From Mobula hypostoma (taxonomy: Eukaryota), in the NCBI RefSeq assembly GCF_963921235.1, contig NC_086097.1, positions 42,720,001-42,784,000 of the forward strand: a stretch of 64,000 nt of DNA, in the 5' to 3' direction. The position numbers and the translations under genes were made by a program. A model generated the notes under the pieces. That model had not been told where the DNA came from, did not search any database, and saw only the letters and a program-made list of their open reading frames with translations. Of the stretch, positions 11,206 through 23,987 are shown piece after piece. Each line of letters opens with the position of its first letter. The stretch's first letter is position 1.

Positions 11206-12780
11206 CCATCAGATGCCTGTGTAGATGCATACATCAGAATGCATTTCATTGACTACAGCTCTGCATTCAAAACTATTAACCCCTCAAAACTAATCACTAA
11301 GCTCCAAGATCTAGGCCTCAATGCTTCTTTGTGCAACTGGATTCTCAATTTCCCCATTTGTCAATCCCAGTCAATTTGCATTGGCAGTATCTCCTCCACA
11401 ATCACCTCTTGGTGCACCAAAATACTGTCTACTTAGCCCCTGCTCTACTCGTTTTATATTTATGTCTGTGAGGCTAAGTACAGCCCCAGTGCCATAATTA
11501 AGTTTGCTGGTGACATCCTTATGGTTGGCCAAATCAAAAATGGTGATGAATCAGCATGTAGGAGTGAGATTGAGAATCTAGCTGAATGGTTCTACAACAA
11601 CAAACTCTCATTCAATGTCAGCAAAACCAATGAGCTGATTATTGACTACAGGAGGAGGAAACCGGTAGTCTGTAAATCAGGAATCAGGGGACTGGAGATG
11701 GAGGAGGTGAGCAACTTTAAATTCCTTGGCATTATCTTTTCAGAGGATCGTCCTGGGTCCAGCATGCAAGGCTCTGCTGTGCACTTAAGCACAGCAGAGT
11801 TCTATTTTCTTTGAAGTTTACGCAGATTTGGCATGTCATCTAAAAACAAACTACTATCAATGCACAGTGGAGAACATAATGACTGTTTGCATCACAGCTT
11901 GGTATGGGATCACCAATCTCCCTGAATGGAAAAAAAAACCTACAAAAAATAATGGACACGGCCCAGGCCGTCACAGGTAAAGCCCTCCCCACCATTGAGT
12001 ATATTTACAAGGAGCGCGTTTACAGGAAAGCAGCATCCATCATTAAGGACACTCACCATCCAAGACATGCTCTCTTCTTTCTGCTGTGATCAGGAAGAAA
12101 GCACAGGAGCCTGAAGTCTCACACCATCAGGCTCAGGAACAGTTATTACCCCTCAACCATCAGTCTCCTGAACCACTAGGGGTAACTTTGCTCATGTACC
12201 GCTGAACCTGATTCCACAACCTATGGACTTGCTCTGCACTTGTGTCCTTGATATTAATTGCCTATATATTTATTATTTTTTTATTTTCTCTTTGTATTTT
12301 GCGTATTTTGCTGTCTTTAGGTTGTTTTTCCATCTCTGTTGTATGTAGATTTCATTGTGCTTCTTTCTATTTTCAGTGAATGCTCGCAAGAAAATGAATT
12401 TCAGGGAAGTATATAGCGACATATATCTACTTTGATAAAAAATTTACTTTGAACTTTGAGCTTTAAACTAATAATTTCTAGATGTTAGGGTATAAACTGT
12501 TGTGTCAACTACGGTTCCTTAGCTTCTTATCTGATTTTGGGTTTAGCCATTTTCCAAATTTACTCACGGTGATGGTGTCAGTAAATGAGCATGGTTTTGT
12601 CGTTTTGTAAAAAGTGATGACGTTCTTCAGTGCTTTACATTACATATGATGTTAAGTGAGGATGTGAGGTTATGATCATATATTCTTCAAGGCAGTCACT
12701 TCAAATGTCTGTATCACATGTGGAGTACTCAATCTGCTTACCATTCTTTATACAAAAGTTACTGTAGCATTGATCTAATT

Positions 12781-14338
12781 CAGGGGTCCGGAACCTTTTT
12801 TGCACTGCAGACTGGTTTAATATTGACAATATTCTTGTGGACTGGCCGACGGGGGGAGGGGTGTTAATCACGACTGGAATATAGGTGATAAGTCAAGTAT
12901 AAGTCACTTATAAGTGGCTAATACACTCAATTTTGTTTCTAAAAGGGTTTATCTAACATATAAAATCATTGCAACGCACCAATATCGCTGAATCAGTGGG
13001 AGCCCTGGGTTTGTTTCCCTGCAACAAGACAGTCCCATCGAGGGGTGACGGGATACTGTGATACTCGAAGGGGGGTTCCTTATCTCCAGTCTATTTCGCA
13101 ATTTAGTTTTCGTTGTATTCATTGCAGAAAACCCCGCTTCACAGAGATATGATGTTGGAAATGGAAGCAACGTTTTCAGTGCTTTTGTGGCCACCTCAGG
13201 ATATTCAGCCTTGATCCAGAATGCCGGCAGAGATGTTATATCAAACATACTTTTCAGCCCACCATCATTTGCAAGCTCAAAGAGTTAATCTTCTTCCTGC
13301 GCTGACATGGATGATTCACTGGGGACATTCACAAATGGGTCACGGACCCATTCCTTTGCACGTCTTGGGTCATTTGCGGTTAGGAAGTAACGCTCGAATT
13401 CTGTCAACAGCGAAGATAGGTGATCGTGCACCAGCTGTGAGAAGGACGGTGCAGCCTTCAGTCTCTCCCAAAATCCCAGCTAATGTTGGGAACATGTCAA
13501 ATATGCCCCTGTCCACTCGCCGTCCCCACAGTTCCAGTTTGGCTTTGAAAGCAGACACTTTATTTGTCAACTTGAAGACAGTTGTCATTCTCCCCTGAGG
13601 TGACAAATTGAGTTCATTGAGCAGGTTGAGGATATCACACAGATAAGCGAGTTTTGCTATCCACTCCTCGTTACTGAAGTGTGCTGCCAGTGGTGACTTT
13701 TTTCCTGAAAGAAATCTCTGTAGCTGTTCTTTTAACTCAAAAACTCTGGCCAGGGCTCTCCCCCTTGATAGCCACCCGACTTCAGTGTGTAAGAGAAGGC
13801 GTTTGTGCTCTGCGTCCATTTCCTCGCGAAGCTGCTCAGACGTTTCTTAGCCTTAGCAATACCGCTAGCCACTAAGTACGATGGTCTCAGAGCAGCAGCA
13901 TATGTGGAAGTGGTGGCTCTCAGCAATTGTTTCTGTCCCACTCGCTGACGTTTTTTCCGCTCAAAAAACTCAACGGGTTTTTTCTTTAAGTGCAGGGTGC
14001 TTGGACTCAAGGTGCTGAAGCAGTTTTCAGGGCTTCACTGCCTCATTAGACAGCTTGTCTCTACACACAGGGGGGTGGAGCGTGCCAGTCACCGGTCGCA
14101 ATAAAGCCGTATTTTATGTAAGACTCATCGTATTTTCTGTTGAAGGGAGCTTTCTTTTTTTTGCAGTCTCGGCCTCAGCTGCCTCTGCGTTACATCACCG
14201 TTAGGCCTTTTATGTCCCCTACCACCTCTTCCAAAGGAACTCTCAAGCAACGTTTGTGTTTTACTCTTCATACCGCCAAATCATATTGTTTCCTCGCGGC
14301 CCGGTACCGGTCCGTGGCCCAGTGGTTGGGGACCACTA
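12781..14338 (-). mobile_element. hAT-Charlie/Buster transposon with internally deleted transposase (ZBED5/SCAND3-like)
   Basis: CAGGGGTCC...GGGGACCACTA TIRs; perfect 8-bp TSD ATCTAATT; ORF remnants LLLHTEVGWLSRGRALARVFEL and FWIKAEYPEVATKALKTLLPFPTSYLCEAGFS. Confidence 0.93.
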
Positions 14339-14463
14339 ATCTAATTATATGTTACCCACATCTATCTTCATGGTATTTAACTTGTGGACCTCCCCCCTTC
14401 TTCTCAGACATCTCAGGAAACACCACTCGTTAGTCCCTCGCTAACAGCCACAGGATTCCGCGG

Positions 14464-14894
14464 TGATAAGCCCACCTTTCTCCAGCTTCGTATGTCTAGG
14501 ATGTTTACAACTTTGGTCCCGCCAAATCCGTGAGCTTGGGATGTCTCACCCACCCAAACTTCAGTTTGTGTGAATGTTGTGTGATTTACTGCCCGCGGCA
14601 AGAAATAACGGTTCGTACACGGCATACAATTTATAAAGAAGTATATTCAAGAATGTTAATTTAAACAGTTATTAAATGAAAGAAAGGAAAAACAAAAAGG
14701 GCCCATTACTCTTAAACAGTCAAATGTGCACTTAAGTTGATGCTCATCTAGAACATCTGTCACTCAGTTGAATAACACGCCTCTTATCTTAGCTCAAACC
14801 TAAACAAGATGAAAGCAAAACAGACTGCTCCTACAGAACTGCTAAAATGAAATACCTACAGCATAGCAGTGAAAATCTTAACCAGGATGTTACA
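14464..14894 (-). mobile_element. LTR-like element related to 2910-5050 and 38934-39567
   Basis: Ends AACCAGGATGTTACA (reverse complement TGTAACATCCTGGTT, compare TGTAATGCCCTGGTT at 38934); shares the TGCACATT.GACTGTTT and GGGCCCTTT blocks. Confidence 0.6.
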
Positions 14895-15294
14895 CTTGGT
14901 TTTGTCATGCTTTCATAGATGGGTTATCAATGGAAAATATGCACGGTTGTGAAAAATGATTATAGCTGGTGGACCTCCTGTTATCAAGTGTGGTGTTACT
15001 GTCTAGTTCTGGGAAGTACTTCCATGATTCAGCAGGAGATGGATGGACGATTATCCTCAGTGTTAGCTTAAATCCTCGTACCTTACCATTAGTGTCTCAC
15101 CATCTAGATAGATTTTATAAGCCTAACTAAGTTGCAAACTTCCTGAAGTTATTGCCATGGAACAACATTCTACACTTCGCTCTCACTATTTGATGGTACA
15201 AGAATGCAATCAAGTCTTGGGATGGTAGCTTTCTTTATTGTCATACTCAATCCAATTTTCTATGACATGATTCTGCTACACTAATAAACATAAA

Positions 15295-16090
15295 CAGAGG
15301 GACAATAGGTGGACTCTGTTCTCTACTTTGGAAGATCTTGAATTTGCCGATGGCCTTGCATTACTATCACATCCGCATCACCACATGCAAGAGAAAACTC
15401 AGCACCTTTGTACCTTTGGTGGCAGAGTCAGACCGTGATCCTCAATGTGGAGTCTCTTCCTCCTGTCAAGGCATATGGTGTTGATGACCCAGCACGGGCA
15501 GGTTCACCTACCTGGGCAGCATCATTCAGTAGAATGGTGGGACTAAGGGCAACATCCATTGTAGACTCAGCAAGGTTAGAAGCATCTTCAAATCAATGAG
15601 CTAGATATGGGGATCAACCAAGGACAACATCCTCACCCAGGTGAAGCTGTGCTCTGTCCACACTCTTTTACAGGTCAGAATGCTGGTGCAACATAGAGAA
15701 CAACCCTGCCAAGCTGCCATCATTCCACACCATGAGCCTCAAGAAGATACTCTGTACTTTCTGGCTAAGAAAGATCTCCAAACTTTCCCCTGCTCCTTCA
15801 GTGTCATCAATCAGACATGGCCACAATTATCATGAGGAATCTTTGGAGATGAATTGGGCAGGTGATGAGAAGAAACGCCAACTCCATCATTAAGATAGCA
15901 CTTCATCGGCCCCCTGAGTGGCAGAGGAAAGACGGGAGACCAGAGATAACTTGGCGCTGTACTGTAGAGGCAGAAACGAGGACCCTGACCCACATTTGGG
16001 GGCACAATAGAAGATGGCCAAGGACAGACAGAGATGGGGAACCTCCATTACTGCCCCAAACGCAAGTGTGTAACAGGCAGCAACTAAGTC
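15295..16090 (+). mobile_element. RTE-clade LINE, degenerate RT and C-terminus
   Basis: WTLFSTLEDLEFADGLALLSHPHHHMQEKT and KIALHRPPEWQRKDGRPEITWRCTVEAE resemble RTE 'LDFADD' and 'GKRKRGRP..TW' motifs. Confidence 0.8.
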
Positions 16091-16244
16091 TACCAATAAA
16101 TATTTACAAGGAGATCATCACTGAAGTGTAGATCTGTGAAGTCTTCACATTAGTATTGGTTCTATCAGGTTTGGTATCATGGTTGCTTGACACAGTAAAC
16201 ACTTGATGATGTTTTGTTCAACCAAGTGACTTATTCCTGCAAAC

Positions 16245-16353
16245 AACAGGAATTCTGCAGATGCTGGAAATTCAAGCAACACACATCAAAGTTGTTGGTG
16301 AACACATGCAGATGCTGGAAATTCAAGCATGCGTTCACCAGCAACTTCGATGT
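16245..16353. mobile_element. Rearranged Penelope-derived mini-insertion with 19-bp TSD
   Basis: GTGACTTATTCCTGCAAAC at 16226-16244 and 16354-16372; internal duplication plus inversion of the TGCAGATGCTGGAAATTCAAGCA repeat. Confidence 0.8.
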
Positions 16354-18757
16354 GTGACTTATTCCTGCAAACCATTTATTTCCCCTTAACAATTGTTCAG
16401 TTTTCTCAATTCTTCACTGAACAATCACTATTAAGCATTCCATGAATAACCATGGGATGTCAATGTAATTACCTCAGAACAACTTCTGAGTTAGGTGTAC
16501 ATCCACCAAGAATTTTGTGCCAGTCTTACAGTAAACGTGCGATATCACATTGCTGCTTTTGTGAATGGATTGCTATTATTACAATGATATATTGGCAATT
16601 TGTTTCATTACAGCTTTTCTTTTTTTTCATTATCATTATTTTGGGCATGATGTTCATTTTCATAGAATCAAAAAGCTGTCAAACACCCTTTTTCTTTGTG
16701 ACCAGTGAGGTTAGGTGTAAAAATTGTATATGCGACCTTTGCTATGTGAAATGTTGACACTATGATGAAGCTCATATTTTTCTATTACTACAACAGCTCC
16801 ACAGCAAGTAATTTAAAATAAAATTGCTTGTATGATGGTAAGCTGCAAATTCCGCTAATATGTATATAAAAACTGAGGATTTGAAGGTCCTAAGTTATAT
16901 TTCTTCTCATCAGAAGTAGCATTATTATTTTCCATTTCATGACAGCCTATTTATAAATTTGAAAGTGAAGCAGTATCACTTATTTTCATGCTGCAATTAA
17001 ATAAATATGTTGAAAATCAAATTGTACCCTGCATGGATACTTATTTATTTAAAACGTGCACTTATTTTTCCTATCGAGGTGTAATACAATTCAGAAAATT
17101 GATTAGGAATATCTCGATTCATTGAAAACTTTCACAAATAAATTCAATTAAGGTATGCTACATTGTGTCAACACCTGAAAAGGTACAAATTCTGCTGTGT
17201 ACTTTTAAAATTGAATGTTGTGGAAGGCATATTCCAGAAACTATCTATTTTAACAAATATTTGGAGGGATCTTGCTAGTAAAACATTGCCCCCAAGCACA
17301 CTGCAAGTATTATTCCAATGAAGCTTATCAAAATGTTAAGTATTCGCATACATGGGAAAAAATTGCTGGTGAGCTTTTTATTAATCTGACTCACAATCTA
17401 CAGTTGCCAAGGTTTTTCCAGTTGACAAAAAAGGTATTAGGTTCATTAATGTTAGTTTGAAAATGAATTAAATGGAACAAAATAATGAGAAATGATTTGC
17501 ATAAAAGTCTTCCATTATCACTGCTTGTTTTCTACTCGTGCAACAAGCCTTTACAGTATCTTTACAGCATCTCCTGAGCTGATTATAGCCTTCAGACCAC
17601 AATATTAAGTAACATGATATTGCCTCATAAAAGAATAATCTGTTTATCTCCTAAATTGACTCTCTAAATTACTGTTTTATTTTATAGGAACGTCCGTGGA
17701 CACGCAGCACAAAGAATATTGATATTCTTGCACCCGACCTAAGCCATTAGCAATTTTATTTTTGTTGATATTGGCTGGCAGCTCTAGGTTACAGAGCTGA
17801 GAAATGGACATTCTGAACTGCCAAACAAGGCTTGAGGTTACGTGTGTCTGGTCAGCCACTCCCATGGTAAAAGGTTAGAAGAATAATTCCATTGAAAGTA
17901 GGTAGGAAGGTAAATTGAGTACTGCAAAAATGGGATTAATATAGATTTTGTGTTTAAAGGTTGTTGATGGTCAGCTCCAGACTTGTTGGGTGGAACAGTG
18001 AAGTATGACTGTATGATTCTAAAGTGATAATCACACTGCTTTTCACTTGGGGGTCTAGATTAGCCTGCATATTGATGTTTCGAAGTTGCTTCCATCTATC
18101 ATTCTCGAGGCATGGATGCACAGTACTAAACTGATCACAATTTAATACAAATTTGGTTTTCTTATTAGCACTAAGGAGCAGTGATGAGGTAGCTTGGAAA
18201 GGGTTTCAGTTCTGTCAAAGCTTGGTACTGCCTATGTCCACTGTTCTGTCATCAGCATCTCAAAAACAACACACTGGACCATTGTTACACCACCATCAAG
18301 AATGCCCACCGTACTATTCCATACCCTCACTTCAGAAAGTCTGATCACCCAGTTGTATTTCTACTCCCTGAGTACAGGCAGAGACTGAAGACTGAAGCAC
18401 CAGTAGTGGGGACCAAGAAGGTAAGGACAGGGAAACACAGGAGCGTTTACAGGACTGCTTTGAATCGGTGAACTGGACTGTATTTAGGGTTTCATCTTCG
18501 AATCTGGATGAGTATACTGCAGTTGCTACCGACTTTATTAAAACATGTGTGGATGAGTGTGTGCCTACGAAAAATTGCTGTACAAACCAAAAGCCATGGA
18601 TAAACCAGAAGGTACGTTGTCTGCTAAGGCTAGATCTGTGGCACTTAAGTCCGGTGCCCCAGGTCTGTACGAGAAAACCAGGTATGACTTGAGAAAGGCT
18701 ATTTCAAGAGTGAAGAGACAATTCCAAGTGAGGTTGAGGGCAACATCCCATGCACAA

Positions 18758-19380
18758 TAGGGTAGTTAAGAAAGCTTATGGGGTGTTAGCTTTCATAAGT
18801 CGAGGGATAGAGTTTAAGAGTCGCTATGTAATGATGTAGCTCTATAAAACTCTGGTTAGGCCACACTTGGAGTACTGTGTCCAGTTCTGGTCGCCTCACT
18901 TTAGGAAGGATGTGGAAGCATTGGAAAGGGTACAGAGATTTACCAGGATGCTGCCTGGTTTAGAAAGTATGCATTATGATCAGAGATTAAGGGAGCTAGG
19001 GCTTTACTCTCTGGAGAGAAGGAGGATGAGAGGAGACATGATAGAGGTGTACAAGATAATAAGAGGAATAGATAGAGTGGATAGCCAGCGCCTCTTCCCC
19101 AGGGCACCACTGCTCAATACAAGAGGACATGGCTTTAAGGTAAGGGGTGGGAAGTTCAAGGGGGATATTAGAGGAAGATTTTTTACTCAGAGAATGGTTG
19201 GTGCGTGGAATGCACTGCCTGAGTCAGTGGTGGAGGCAGATACACTAGTGAAGTTTAAGAGACTACTAGACAGGTATATAGAGGAATTTAAGGTGGGGGC
19301 TTATATGGGAGGCAGGGTTTGAGGGTTGGCACAACATTGTGGGCCGAAGGGCCTGTACTGTGCTGTACTATTCTATGTTC
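18758..19380 (+). mobile_element. Young CR1 LINE 3' fragment nested in Rex1
   Basis: ORF 18867-19322 EYCVQFWSPHFRKDVEALERVQ...TRGH...FFTQRMVGAWNALP; TTCTATG tail; short ACAA duplication at the junctions. Confidence 0.92.
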
Positions 19381-21001
19381 ACAACAACTCTGGCAGGGTT
19401 TACAAGACATTACTTCCTACAAAGTGAAACCCAATAGCATGAATGGTAGTGATGCTTCACTATCAGACGAGCTTGATGCCTTCAATGCCTGCTTTGAAAG
19501 GTAGAATATAATTACAGCTGTGAAAATCCCTGCTGCACTGGTGACCCTGTAATCTCTGTTTTGTAGGCTGATGTTAGGTTGTCTTGAAGGAGAGTGAACC
19601 CTTGCAAGGTGGCAGGCCCGGGATAGAGTACCTGGTAAGGCTCTGAAAACATGTGCCAACCAACTGGCGAGAGTATTCAAGGACATATTCAACCTCTCAC
19701 TGATACAGTCGAAAGTTTTTACCTGCTTCAAAATGGCAACCATTATACCAGTGCCCAAGAAGAGAAGTATGAGCTCCCTTAATGACTATCGCCCAGTAGC
19801 ACTCACTCTTACGGTGATAAAATGTTTTGAGGGATTGGTCATGGCTAGAATGAACTCCTGCCTCAGCAAGGACCTGGACTCGCTACAATTTGCCTATCAC
19901 CACAATGGGTCTATGAGAGGCAAACAATCTCAATGGGTCTTCACATGGCCTTAGATCACCTGGACAATACAAACACCTATGTTCATTGACTATAGCTCAG
20001 TGTTTAACACCATCATTCCCACAACCCCAATTGACAAGTTACAGAACCTGGACCTCTCTATCTCCCTCTGCAATAGGATCCTCAACTTCCTAACTGGAAG
20101 ACCACGTCTGTGTGGATTGGTGATAACACATCCTCCTCACTGACGATCAACACTGGCGCACCTCAGGGGTGTGCTCTTAGCCCACTGTTCTACTCTCTCT
20201 ATACCCATGACTGTGTGGCTAGGCATAGCTCAAATGTCATCTATAAATCTGCTGATGACACAACCATTGTTGGTAGAATCTCAGGTGGAGATGAGAGGGC
20301 ATACAGGAGCGAGATATGCCAGTTAGTTGGGTGGTGTCACAGCACCACCTTGCACTCCATGTCATTAAGACAAAAGAGTTGATTGTAGACTTCAGGAAGA
20401 GTAAGATGAGGGAACATGAACCAATCCTCATAGAGGGATCAGAGGTGGAGAGAGTGAGCTACCTCAGGTTCCTGGGTGTCGAGATCACTGAGGATCTAAG
20501 CTAGTCCCAACATATCGATGCAGCTATAAAGAAGGCAAGACAATGGCTATATTTCATTAGGAGTGTGAAGAGACTTGGTTTGTCAACTAAAACACTCAAG
20601 AACTTCTATAGATGTACCATGGAAAGCATTCTGTCAGGCTGCATCACTGTCAGGAACGGGGGGTGTGGGGGCTACTGCACAGGACCAAAAGAAACTACAG
20701 AATGTTGTAAAATTAGTCAGCTCCATCTTGGGTACTAGCCTTCATAGTACCCAAGACATCTTCAAGGAGCGGTGCCTCAGGAAGGCGACGTCCATTATTA
20801 AGGTCCCTCATCACCCAGGACGTGCCCTTTTCTCATTGTTATTGTCAAGGAGGAGGGACAGAAGCCTGAAGGCACACGCAGTGATTCAGGAACAGCTTCT
20901 TCCCCTCTGCCATGAACACTACCTAATTTTTTAAAAATATATATTATCTCTGCTTTTGCACTATTTTTAATCCATTCAATATACATATACGTATGCTTAT
21001 A

Positions 21002-22645
21002 CAGGTTTCCTCCACCATCCGAAGGTAGAACGTTCCTATGAAACGGTTCGTAAGCCGGAATGTCGTAAAGTGAAGAAGCAATTACCATCTATTTATATGG
21101 CAAAAATTTGTGAGCATTCACAGACCCAAAAAATAACCTACCAAATCATGCCAAATAACACATAAAACCTAAAATAACAGTAACATATAGTAAAAGCAGG
21201 AATGATATGATAAATACACAGCCTATATAAAGTAGAAATACTTTACTACAATCATTGCCACACTGTCCACTGTAGCGAAAATCTCACGCAAGCGCTCTCG
21301 GCAGAAACAATCTCTCCAGTAACCTTTAAGCTATGAAGCTGCTAAATCATACCAAATAACACATAAAAATACACGACCTATATAAAGTAGAAATAATGTA
21401 TGTACAGTGTAGTATCACTTACCGGAATCGGGAAGACAGCGCCGAGCACACTGATGATGGTTGGTTAGGCTGAGTCGTCGGAGGTTGGGGTGGTGCAGTG
21501 GCCCCCACCCTCCGGGCCACTGACCGATACCGATCCGCAAAGCACGCAGTGGTGCAGCGGTGGCAGGGACACACCCAGCACATCGTTTTAAAAAAAAGCC
21601 AAAATAAACAAGCTACTGAATTAGGTGCTGCCCGGCACATAAATGTCGGCCCAGATCAGAGGCAATCGCCCCGATCTAGACCAACATTTTCATGCCGGGC
21701 GGCACCTAATTAATTACCTTGTTTATTTCGGCTTTTTTCTTAAAGATGTGCTGGGTGTGTTCCAACTACTGCTGCACCACTGCATTCTTCACAGCAATGT
21801 ATCGGTCTGCGGCCTGGAGGTTGGGACCACTGGGGTGACATCTCATTGTCATTTGTGTCCATCAGGGCAGGCAGGTCATCTTCTTCTATGTCTGCCTGCC
21901 TAGATATCGAAGGTCGAGGTTTGTCGTCTGCTGTGGAAGGCTTGAAAAACGACAGCATGCTTGACTGCTTAGCCTTGCGCATTTTTCTATCATACAGTTC
22001 TTTGTAAACACCCAAACTATCTTGCAAATATACCCTAAACCTACATACCCTTTCAAGATTAAAGTCATACTTTTCTGCAATCATTGCAGTGAAAATCTCA
22101 CGCAGTTGCTTAACATTCAGTTCCTGGACAACTTCACTTTTGGTCCGTTCGCTACTGCATTCAGTTTCGATTGTTATCCTTTTCTCTTCCAATGGTATGA
22201 GCTCTTCGTTTATCAGTTCTTGGTCATGGGATGCCAAACCTCTTCAACATCATCTTCGTCATTTTCCACAAGCCAAACTCAATTTGTCCTTACTTCATTC
22301 ACTATGATCAAAACGCTTAATTATGTCTAGTTTTACGCTAAGTGTAACACCTTTACGAGCTCTTTCAGGCTTTTGCGATACCTTAGAACTCATCGTGCTA
22401 ACAGATGCTCAAAATAAATAAACATAAAGCACAGATGCTCACAGGCATGTGTTTAAGCAATGCCGGCTAGAATGCAGTTCCAGGAGAGGAGCTTGGCTGC
22501 TCGGGGTGTGCGCTGCCTTTTTTCATCCACTGCCTTTTTTCGTAACAGTGAAAACACCTTCTGGTAGCGAAAACAGGTAACTAATGTAGGTCTTTCGTAA
22601 CAGCGAGGTGTCGTAAAGCGAACGTTTGAAAAGCAGGGACACCTG
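21002..22645 (-). mobile_element. Tigger/pogo DNA transposon, internally deleted
   Basis: TA|CAGGT...ACCTG|TA ends; ORF 21740-22237 SHDQELINEELIPLEE...YKELYDRKMRKAKQSSMLSFFKP resembles the Tigger1/TIGD1 C-terminus. Confidence 0.88.
21496..21832. mobile_element. Palindromic hAT MITE nested in the Tigger element
   Basis: CAGTGG...CCACTG ends; whole element is an imperfect palindrome centred near 21667; degraded 8-bp TSD GGGTGGTG/GGGTGACA. Confidence 0.75.
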
Positions 22646-22715
22646 TATGTGTGTGTGTATATATATATATATATATACACATACACACACATACATTATA
22701 TATATACATACACAT
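22646..22715. repeat. (TG)n/(TA)n/(CA)n compound microsatellite
   Basis: Read directly from the sequence. Confidence 0.9.
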
Positions 22716-23109
22716 TCACTGAAATTGATCTACTTATTTTTCCTTTCTATTACAATTTCTGCTGCTGCTAAGTTAACAAATTTCACAACACATGCCCGTG
22801 ATAATAAACCTGATTCTGATTCTGAAATGCTAGGATGTTAAGAAAAATCAAAAATGTTAATTTGTCAATATCTAATCCCATCCACAGGGATTTCAGTTTG
22901 GCAACTGCACACTGATACAAAAAAAATATATATATATAATTTATATTTCAGCTAAAACTTGACTCTGGGAAGAGATAGCTGACATGACGGTTACCTTGAG
23001 AAGTGGTGGATAAGAAAATATACCTGCAGGGACAATCTTACATGATGCAGTTTCTCAAGGAGTTCAATTTTTCTGAACCTCAAGGCCATTTTAAATCACT
23101 ACATGTTAT

Positions 23110-23495
23110 AATAATAAGAAGCAGTAGAACTTATTTATAGCGCATTTTTCATACAGACGATGTAGTTCAAAGTGCTTTACAAAGTGCAGCAATGTGCAAA
23201 CATGAAAATAAAAGACAAAAAGATGTTAGTTAAAAACAAGGTTAAATAAATAGGTTTTGACCTGGCATTTAAAAGTGTCAACCGCGTCTGCATCCCTTGT
23301 AGTTTTGGTATTGAGTTCCACGGTTTAGGAGCGTAGTTCAAAAAAAGCTAACCTGCCAATTATCTTTTGAAGGAGATTGTTTAAATTAAAGAGGAGGCAG
23401 AAGAAGACCTGAGAGCTCGAGCAGGATTATAGAATGAAAGCAATTCGGTGGTATACTCCGGTTCCAGACCATAAGGAGCTTTAAAAACAAGTAAA
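23110..23495 (-). mobile_element. L2 LINE 3' fragment
   Basis: TATTTATAGCGC...CAAAGTGCTTTACA is a typical reverse-complement L2 3' end; minus strand reads FKAPYGLEPEYTT...RALRSSSA...AFF.YAPKPWNSIP. Confidence 0.7.
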
Positions 23496-23624
23496 CTGTA
23501 AAAACATGTAAACTGGTCATTAAAAGTTAATTTGTCCAATGACCGCTTGTTTTTCTAATGAGATCCTATGAGAGGCCACATGGCACTCTATTCATGAATA
23601 AAGTCATTCTATTATTGTGTAAAG

Positions 23625-23987
23625 CCCTTGGCTACAAGATTTGTAGATGAGAGGCATTGATCGTGTGGATAGTCAGAGGCTTTTTCCCAGGGTTGAAATG
23701 GCTAGCACGAGAGGGCACAGTTTTAAGGTGCTTGGAAGCAGGTACAAAGGTCATGTCAGGGGTAAGCTTTTAAGCAGAGAGTGGTGAGTGCATGGAACGG
23801 GCTGCCAGCAACAGTGGTGGAGGGGGATACGATAGGGTCTTTTAAGAAATTCCTGGACCGGTACACGGAGCTCAGAAAAATAGAGGACTAAGGGTAACCC
23901 TAGGTAATTTCTAAGGTAAGGGCATGTTCGGCAAAGCTTTTTGGGCCAAAGGGCCTGTATTGTGCTGTAGGTTTTCTATGTTTCTAT
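23625..23987 (+). mobile_element. CR1 LINE 3' fragment
   Basis: RGIDRVDSQRLFPRVEMASTRGHSFKV; TTCTATG tail. Confidence 0.85.

Larger units (their letters stand above)
9290..12462 (+). mobile_element. Rex1/Babar-like LINE, interrupted by two insertions
   Basis: [64 protein letters not shown] and KAASIIKDTHHP segments, collinear; (TTTGAAC)n tail. Confidence 0.85.
18340..22825 (+). mobile_element. Rex1/Babar-like LINE (long ORF2 remnant) with CR1 and Tigger insertions
   Basis: [67 protein letters not shown] and RFLGVEITEDL; the 3'UTR resumes after the Tigger and ends AATAAACCTGATTCTGATTCTGA. Confidence 0.9.

Noticed and set aside
12949..14010. Domesticated ZBED5/SCAND3-like gene
   Set aside because: Frameshifted, internally deleted, and bounded by TIRs and a TSD: a transposon relic.
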